Positions 59,279-64,000 of a stretch of DNA of 64,000 bases are shown here, in pieces. Origin of the DNA: Acidimicrobiales bacterium (GTDB taxonomy: Bacteria; Actinomycetota; Acidimicrobiia; Acidimicrobiales; VFJN01); assembly GCA_045807565.1 (NCBI GenBank), contig JBJMHD010000146.1, forward strand, positions 3,085 through 67,084, in the 5' to 3' direction. The number at the start of each line of letters is the position of its first letter. The stretch's first letter is position 1. The notes below the pieces were generated by a model. It ran no database searches. It saw only the letters and a list, made by a program, of their open reading frames with translations, and was not told where the DNA came from. The position numbers were made by a program, and so were the translations under genes.

Positions 59279-60106
59279 CTACCGGTACCGGGTCCCCACG
59301 TGGTCGACCACGAGATCGGCGAGCTGCTGAGGCCGGACTTCGGGTACCCAGTGGGGCGTGTCCTCGAGGACGACGAACCGGTAGGGCGCGTCGACGTGCT
59401 GAGCCGTCCGCTCTGCGGCGCGCCGGCCAAGCGCGACATCGTCGCTCGGCCAGACGTACAGGGTTGGGACCCTGGATGGCCCCACCGACGTCAGCGAGCC
59501 GACGTCGTTCGCCCGGTACCAACCGAGAGCGTGGTGGAGCACGTCATCCCTCAGCATCGCGACCGCGTACTCCGCCGCGTGCTGCCGGTCGAGGCCGCTT
59601 CGTACGAGCAGCGCGCGAAGGAACGTGCCGTCGCCGGCTCGCAAGAGCACCTCGGGCAGGACAGGCACCTGGAACGCAGCGACGTAGAGGGAGCGCACGG
59701 CCTGGAGCCCGACCATCGACCGCACCAGCGCGCGGGGATGCGGGGTGGCGACGATCGTGGCGGTCAACAGGTCCTCCGGCGCATCAGCGGCCAACCGCCA
59801 GGCCACGGCCCCTCCCCAGTCGTGCCCCACGACGTGGAACCGCTCGCGTCCGAGGGCACGAACGACCGCAAGGACGTCCTCGGCGAGCGCGTCGAGCCGC
59901 AGCGAGGCCGGCGGCCGGCCATCGGGCTCGCGCCGGTAGCCGCGCTGGTCGAACGCCACCGCTCGGTACCCCGCGCCGGCGAGCTCCGAAGCGACGGAGC
60001 TCCATGCCGCCTTCGTCTGTGGGAACCCGTGCAGCAGCACCACCAGGTCCCCGTTCGCCGGGCCGTCGACCAGCGCGGGGAAGGGAACGGATGAGGTGCA
60101 CGGCAT
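59279..60106 (-). CDS. alpha/beta hydrolase (epoxide hydrolase / haloalkane dehalogenase-like)
   Basis: The ATG is at 60106. It has LLHGFPQT, the nucleophile elbow VGHDWGG and a C-terminal HW. Confidence 0.8.
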   Translation of the reverse strand: MPCTSSVPFPALVDGPANGDLVVLLHGFPQTKAAWSSVASELAGAGYRAVAFDQRGYRREPDGRPPASLRLDALAEDVLAVVRALGRERFHVVGHDWGGAVAWRLAADAPEDLLTATIVATPHPRALVRSMVGLQAVRSLYVAAFQVPVLPEVLLRAGDGTFLRALLVRSGLDRQHAAEYAVAMLRDDVLHHALGWYRANDVGSLTSVGPSRVPTLYVWPSDDVALGRRAAERTAQHVDAPYRFVVLEDTPHWVPEVRPQQLADLVVDHVGTRYR

Positions 60107-60186
60107 CTCAGGCGCCTTCCCACCACCAGGCCATCGGATCCCTGATGACCGCGACGTGACCCGCGTGTGCGGCGTGGTGCCGGGCC

Positions 60187-60594
60187 CTAGGCGTCCAACG
60201 GGGCGGTGACCTCGAGCTCCATGCCATCGACGTCTCGGAAGAACAGCGACCAGTCGCCGCCGAGCTCCTGGATGTCGCCGATGTCGGCGCCGGCGGCGAC
60301 GAGTCGACCCTTGACCTCCTCGAGCGTGGCCCGGGAGTCGACCCCGATGCCGAAGTGGTCGATCGGACCGCGTCCGCCCTGCCGGCCACGGTCGCCGACG
60401 ATCTGGTCGGCGGTGGTCTCGAACACGTTGAAGGACGAACCGCCGCCCAGCTCGTAGATCCACATGCGCGGATGGTCGTCGGTCGCCTCCATCGTGAAGG
60501 TGACGGTCACGCCGAAGACGTCGGCGTAGAACTTCGCGTGGCGCTCCAGGTCAGTCGTGACCATGGCGATGTGGTTGATCCCGGTGACTGCCAT
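60187..60594 (-). CDS. VOC-family (glyoxalase/bleomycin-resistance/dioxygenase) protein
   Basis: The ATG is at 60594. It has INHIAMVTTDLERHAKFYADVFG and a paired beta-alpha-beta-beta-beta pattern. Confidence 0.8.
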   Translation of the reverse strand: MAVTGINHIAMVTTDLERHAKFYADVFGVTVTFTMEATDDHPRMWIYELGGGSSFNVFETTADQIVGDRGRQGGRGPIDHFGIGVDSRATLEEVKGRLVAAGADIGDIQELGGDWSLFFRDVDGMELEVTAPLDA

Positions 60595-60663
60595 GGTCTC
60601 GAGGTTACGGCCCGCGATCGGACCTCTGGACCCGCCGCCCACGGGTTCCGTCGTGATCGGTGG

Positions 60664-60680
60664 GACAGACTGTCGTCTGT
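60664..60680. promoter_or_regulatory. nested palindromes GACAG-A-CTGTC and ACAGAC-TGTC-GTCTGT
   Basis: They lie in the divergent gap between the VOC gene and the cyclase-STAND gene, 28 nt upstream of the ATG at 60708. Confidence 0.3.
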
Positions 60681-60707
60681 GGATCCCGGGGCGGCGGCGT
60701 GAGCCCG

Positions 60708-63308
60708 ATGCGCGACTCGATCGTGATGGTCACGGACATCGTGCAATCCACGTCGCTTGCTCGGATGGTCGGAGACGAGTGGCCTGCGCTGCTGGCGCGT
60801 CACGACGAGATCGTCGACCGGGCTTGTTCGTCGTTCGATGGGCGACGTTCGGGCTTCACCGGCGATGGCTTCTCCTACGTGTTCGCCGATCCTGCTGCCG
60901 CACTGGGAGCCGCGGTGCGGACGGTGAGGGACGTCGACGCCGAACCATGGCCGGGGGAAGCGGGGGTGCGGCTTCGCATCGGCCTTCACGCCGGGCCAGT
61001 GCATGAGGTGGCGGGCGAGTTCAGCGGCGTCACGATCCACGAGGCGGCGCGGGTGGCGGCCCTCGCGGGCACGGGGCGAGTGCTCATCAGCGAAGCGGTT
61101 CGGATCGCGCTCACTGCGCTCCCTCAGGAGCTTCGGATCGTCGACCTCGGTCCGCACGAGGTTCGGGACCTTCCTGGTCCAACCCGCTTGTACAGCGTCG
61201 AACCGGTGGACGCGATCGACGCGGAGCTCGGCGAAGCCCTGGAATCACCGAGTGCGACGCCGCTCCTCGGGCGCGGTGAGGTCCTCGAGTCCCTTCGATC
61301 GGAGCTCGAACAGACGCGGGTCTTGTCGCTGGTCGGCCCCGGCGGCATCGGCAAGACGAGGCTGGCGACCGAGCTGCACCGGACCCATGCCGGAGACGCC
61401 GTGCTGGTCGACCTGACGCGCCTCGACGCGGGGCGCGGCCTCGAGCCGACCCTCGTCGACGCGCTCGTCGCCCGCGGGGCGGCGCCTCAGGACAGCGCGG
61501 CGGAGGCGATCGGCTCGCGCTCGATCCTCCTCGTGCTGGACAACTGCGAGCACGTGGCATCGGAGGCCCGTTCGTTGTGTGAGGAGCTCATCGTCGTCTG
61601 CCCCCGGTTACGTGTCGTCACGACGAGCCGCCGAGTGCTCGGGATCGACGGTGAGCGTGTCTGGTTCGCACCGACCCTGCCGGAGACTGCTGCCCGCGAG
61701 CTCTTCTACTCCCGCGCGGCCGGTGCCATCGGAACGGCCCGTGCCCAGGCGCTCGACCCGCTCGGCGTCGCAGAGGTGTGCCGGCGGGTGGACTGCATGC
61801 CCCTGGCCATCGAGCTGGTCGCCGCCCGATTGCGCGCGTTCGGGCTCATCGACCTGCTTGCACACATGGACGACCAGCCTCGCCTGCTCGTCGACCGCAG
61901 CCGACCAGCCGAAGACCGTCGTCACGGCATCGCCACGGCGATCGAGCAGACCGTCGAAACCCTCGACGAGAGCTGCCGAGATGTCTTCGCTTCGATGTCC
62001 GTCTTCCGGGGCGGCGCGGACCTCGACGGCCTCTGCGCGGTGATGCCTGACCACGACAGCCTCGATCTGCTCGACGCTCTGGAGGAGCTGGTCGACACCT
62101 CGCTCGTCCAACGATCCGACGGGCCGAGCGGACGATCTCGCTACGGACAGCTCGAGCCCGTTCGTCAGTACGCCGATCACGCTCTCCTCGACGTGGATCG
62201 GCGCCGACTGCAGGACCAGCACGCCAGCTGGGTCGCGCGGACCGTCGGCCCAGCTGGACTGGAGGTGCTCGTGCGGCTCAGCGCTCGTCAGCTCCTCAAC
62301 GCCGAATCACCGAACATCGAGCAGGCGCTCGCTCATCTCGTGGCCAGCGACCAGCTTCCCGAGGCTCTGCGGGTGGTGGGCCACCTCGGCTACTACTGGT
62401 TCTCCGAGAGCCCGGCGCTGGGTTGGGATCTCAGCAATCGGGTGCTCGACGCGGCGACGGGAGAGGAACCCCCACGCATCCGCGCGAACGCCCTCATCGC
62501 GGCGGGACAGCTCGCGCTGCAGACAAAGCGCCTCGGCGACGCACGCAACATGTTCGCTGCTGCATTGGAGCTCCTCGGCGATGAGCCCTCCCGGCAGCGC
62601 GGCTGGGCCCAGTACCACCTGGGCCGCGCGCAGGCCTTCGACGAAGGGTTGGACACAGCCATCCCCACCTTCGAGGCGGCCACCGCAGACTTCCTGGAGG
62701 TGGACGACCACCTCGGCCGCGCCTGGTCTCTCTTCTGGCGAGCGAACCTCAACGCCGACCTCGACGCCGCGCGTCCCATGGAGGAGGAGCTCCTGGCGCT
62801 GGCGCGGACCGAAGGCATCGACCACGTCCTCCCCGCGGTGTTGCAGAACTTCGAGGCGTTCCACGCCTTCAGGTCCGGACGGCCGGGAGACGCCTACCAG
62901 CACCTCGAAGAGGCAGTTTCCATCCTCGAGAGGCTCGGCGACCTGTGGCAGCTCGCCGACATCCGGATCGCCTCGGCCAGCCTCACCCTGACGTTCCAGC
63001 AACCGCAGTACTGGCACTACCTCCGCTTGGCGGCCGAGGGGATGGGTCACGAGGCCGCCATGGCGCACGCGGACCACTTCCTGATCGTCGCGGCAGAGGG
63101 GTTGCGTCGGCACGGCCAGCTCGCGCTCGCATGCGAGCTCGCCTGGTCCATCGACGAGCACACGATGGTGCGCGAGACCCCCCGCCGGTCCGACTTCGAC
63201 GGGTGGGTCTACGGGTGTCGAGCGTTCGGGCCCCGACCAGCGCAAGCACTGGATCGCGAGGACGCCGTCGCTCTCGCCGTCACCGCCATCCTCGCCAGCG
63301 ACGAGTGA
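60708..63308 (+). CDS. class III nucleotidyl-cyclase-like domain fused to a P-loop STAND (NB-ARC-like) NTPase and TPR-like repeats, no DNA-binding domain seen
   Basis: The cyclase-homology blocks are VTDIVQST, TGDGF, IGLHAGPV and EAARVAALA. Walker A is GPGGIGKTRLA and Walker B-like is LLVLDNCEH. The C-terminal half is helical repeats. An alternative GTG start lies at 60660. Confidence 0.75.
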   Translation: MRDSIVMVTDIVQSTSLARMVGDEWPALLARHDEIVDRACSSFDGRRSGFTGDGFSYVFADPAAALGAAVRTVRDVDAEPWPGEAGVRLRIGLHAGPVHEVAGEFSGVTIHEAARVAALAGTGRVLISEAVRIALTALPQELRIVDLGPHEVRDLPGPTRLYSVEPVDAIDAELGEALESPSATPLLGRGEVLESLRSELEQTRVLSLVGPGGIGKTRLATELHRTHAGDAVLVDLTRLDAGRGLEPTLVDALVARGAAPQDSAAEAIGSRSILLVLDNCEHVASEARSLCEELIVVCPRLRVVTTSRRVLGIDGERVWFAPTLPETAARELFYSRAAGAIGTARAQALDPLGVAEVCRRVDCMPLAIELVAARLRAFGLIDLLAHMDDQPRLLVDRSRPAEDRRHGIATAIEQTVETLDESCRDVFASMSVFRGGADLDGLCAVMPDHDSLDLLDALEELVDTSLVQRSDGPSGRSRYGQLEPVRQYADHALLDVDRRRLQDQHASWVARTVGPAGLEVLVRLSARQLLNAESPNIEQALAHLVASDQLPEALRVVGHLGYYWFSESPALGWDLSNRVLDAATGEEPPRIRANALIAAGQLALQTKRLGDARNMFAAALELLGDEPSRQRGWAQYHLGRAQAFDEGLDTAIPTFEAATADFLEVDDHLGRAWSLFWRANLNADLDAARPMEEELLALARTEGIDHVLPAVLQNFEAFHAFRSGRPGDAYQHLEEAVSILERLGDLWQLADIRIASASLTLTFQQPQYWHYLRLAAEGMGHEAAMAHADHFLIVAAEGLRRHGQLALACELAWSIDEHTMVRETPRRSDFDGWVYGCRAFGPRPAQALDREDAVALAVTAILASDE

Positions 63309-63327
63309 GGGCGTGTCTACGGAGAGC

Positions 63328-63951
63328 TCAGGACGGCGCCGCGGACCCGACGAGCACGCGGCGGCCCGATGATCCAGGATTGCCGTCGACGGTCTCCTCG
63401 GTGATCGTCATCGTCGGGTGCTCGGCCGGAGACACGCCCGACCAGAGGATCACCTCGGGACCCTCGTTGAAGGTACCGATCGCTACGAGCTCGCCGGCGT
63501 CGTCGCGCAGCCAGGCCTGGTAGAAGGCGCCGTCGTCGCGGCGCGGCAGTCCCGTGACCTCGAGCTCGATGCGCCACCCTGAACCGGTGCGGGTGAACGC
63601 CGCATCGCCTTGGGCTTGCGGCGCCAGCTCCGTGGCCGAGAGTGCGGCCTCGAACTGGGCGGCGTCGTCTCCGCCGCTCGTCAGCAGAGCCGCCACGCCG
63701 ACGGCAGCGAGGGCGACTGCCGCCACGGCGCCGAGGGCGACCGCGAGGCGGGTCGGCCGCCGGCGATGTGCTGAAGGACGGGCAAGCGCTGCGACCACAG
63801 TGTCCTCGAGCGCGGGGCTGGGTTCCTCCCAGAGTGCAGGATCCCCGAGCAGCGCGCGGAGCTCGTCGAGCTCGACGCGCTCGTCCTCATCGAGATCATG
63901 CTCGTGCCCATCACCGGCCAAGTAGGCGATCCGGTCGTCGTCGCTGGTCAT
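63328..63951 (-). CDS. membrane anti-sigma factor, RskA-like extracytoplasmic domain
   Basis: The ATG has a GGAG 9 nt upstream. It has a single TM helix LAVALGAVAAVALAAVGVAALL and a C-terminal FYQAWLRDDAGELVAIGTF pattern. The cognate sigma gene would lie beyond the window end. Confidence 0.55.
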   Translation of the reverse strand: MTSDDDRIAYLAGDGHEHDLDEDERVELDELRALLGDPALWEEPSPALEDTVVAALARPSAHRRRPTRLAVALGAVAAVALAAVGVAALLTSGGDDAAQFEAALSATELAPQAQGDAAFTRTGSGWRIELEVTGLPRRDDGAFYQAWLRDDAGELVAIGTFNEGPEVILWSGVSPAEHPTMTITEETVDGNPGSSGRRVLVGSAAPS

Positions 63952-64000
63952 GTCGTCTCCGTTGTACACGGGTACGTCGGCGGTCTCGCCGCGGTTCCGG

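Noticed and set aside
1-64000. tRNA, rRNA, CRISPR arrays, transposases, integrases, phage genes, toxin-antitoxin pairs or defence-island hallmarks.
   Set aside because: I found no T-loop-like GGTTCGAATCC-type signatures in non-coding gaps and no regularly spaced direct repeats. No ORF has recombinase, nuclease or defence motifs. The gaps are too short to hold structured RNA genes, except 38661..39005, 57069..57279 and 58249..58480, which show no recognisable RNA family features by eye.

Overview
This is a visibly very high-G+C, almost gap-free chromosomal segment of Actinomycetota style, with many GTG/TTG starts and many 4-nt start/stop overlaps. I call about 60 CDS. I found no rRNA, tRNA, CRISPR array, transposase or integrase. 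Positions 1-33800 form an oxygenase-dense catabolic island. It holds three Rieske oxygenase alpha subunits in the window (two in this stretch), two P450s, one Baeyer-Villiger monooxygenase, several luciferase-like monooxygenases and one TauD-type dioxygenase. It also holds SDRs, two acyl-CoA ligases, three acyl-CoA dehydrogenases, a thioesterase, amidohydrolase-2 enzymes and a class II aldolase. A small hsp20 / HspR-like / ANTAR stress module interrupts it at 8.4-9.7 kb. Positions 33.8-47.2 kb carry two divergently transcribed Liv-type ABC importers. One has a LivH-LivM-LivG triple fusion. The other has two uncharacterised envelope genes inserted between the permease and the second ATPase gene. 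The last 17 kb holds a TetR-controlled acyltransferase/esterase pair and a second Rieske oxygenase + small-partner copy. It also encodes a hemerythrin protein with a long basic tail, a PAS-GGDEF cyclase, an orphan receiver protein, a cyclase-STAND-TPR protein and an RskA-like anti-sigma factor. The leads most worth following are these. (1) A 15-bp box, GAGAA-N5-TTyyC, recurs in at least seven promoter-proximal gaps, and its only perfect palindrome lies in front of a TetR gene. (2) A duplicated, translationally coupled pair consists of a Rieske oxygenase and an unrecognisable ~110-aa helical protein. (3) A secreted protein and a small membrane protein are embedded in the second ABC operon. (4) A split ACAD10/11-like kinase + dehydrogenase module is present. 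All functional calls come from motif reading of the supplied translations; no database search was possible.
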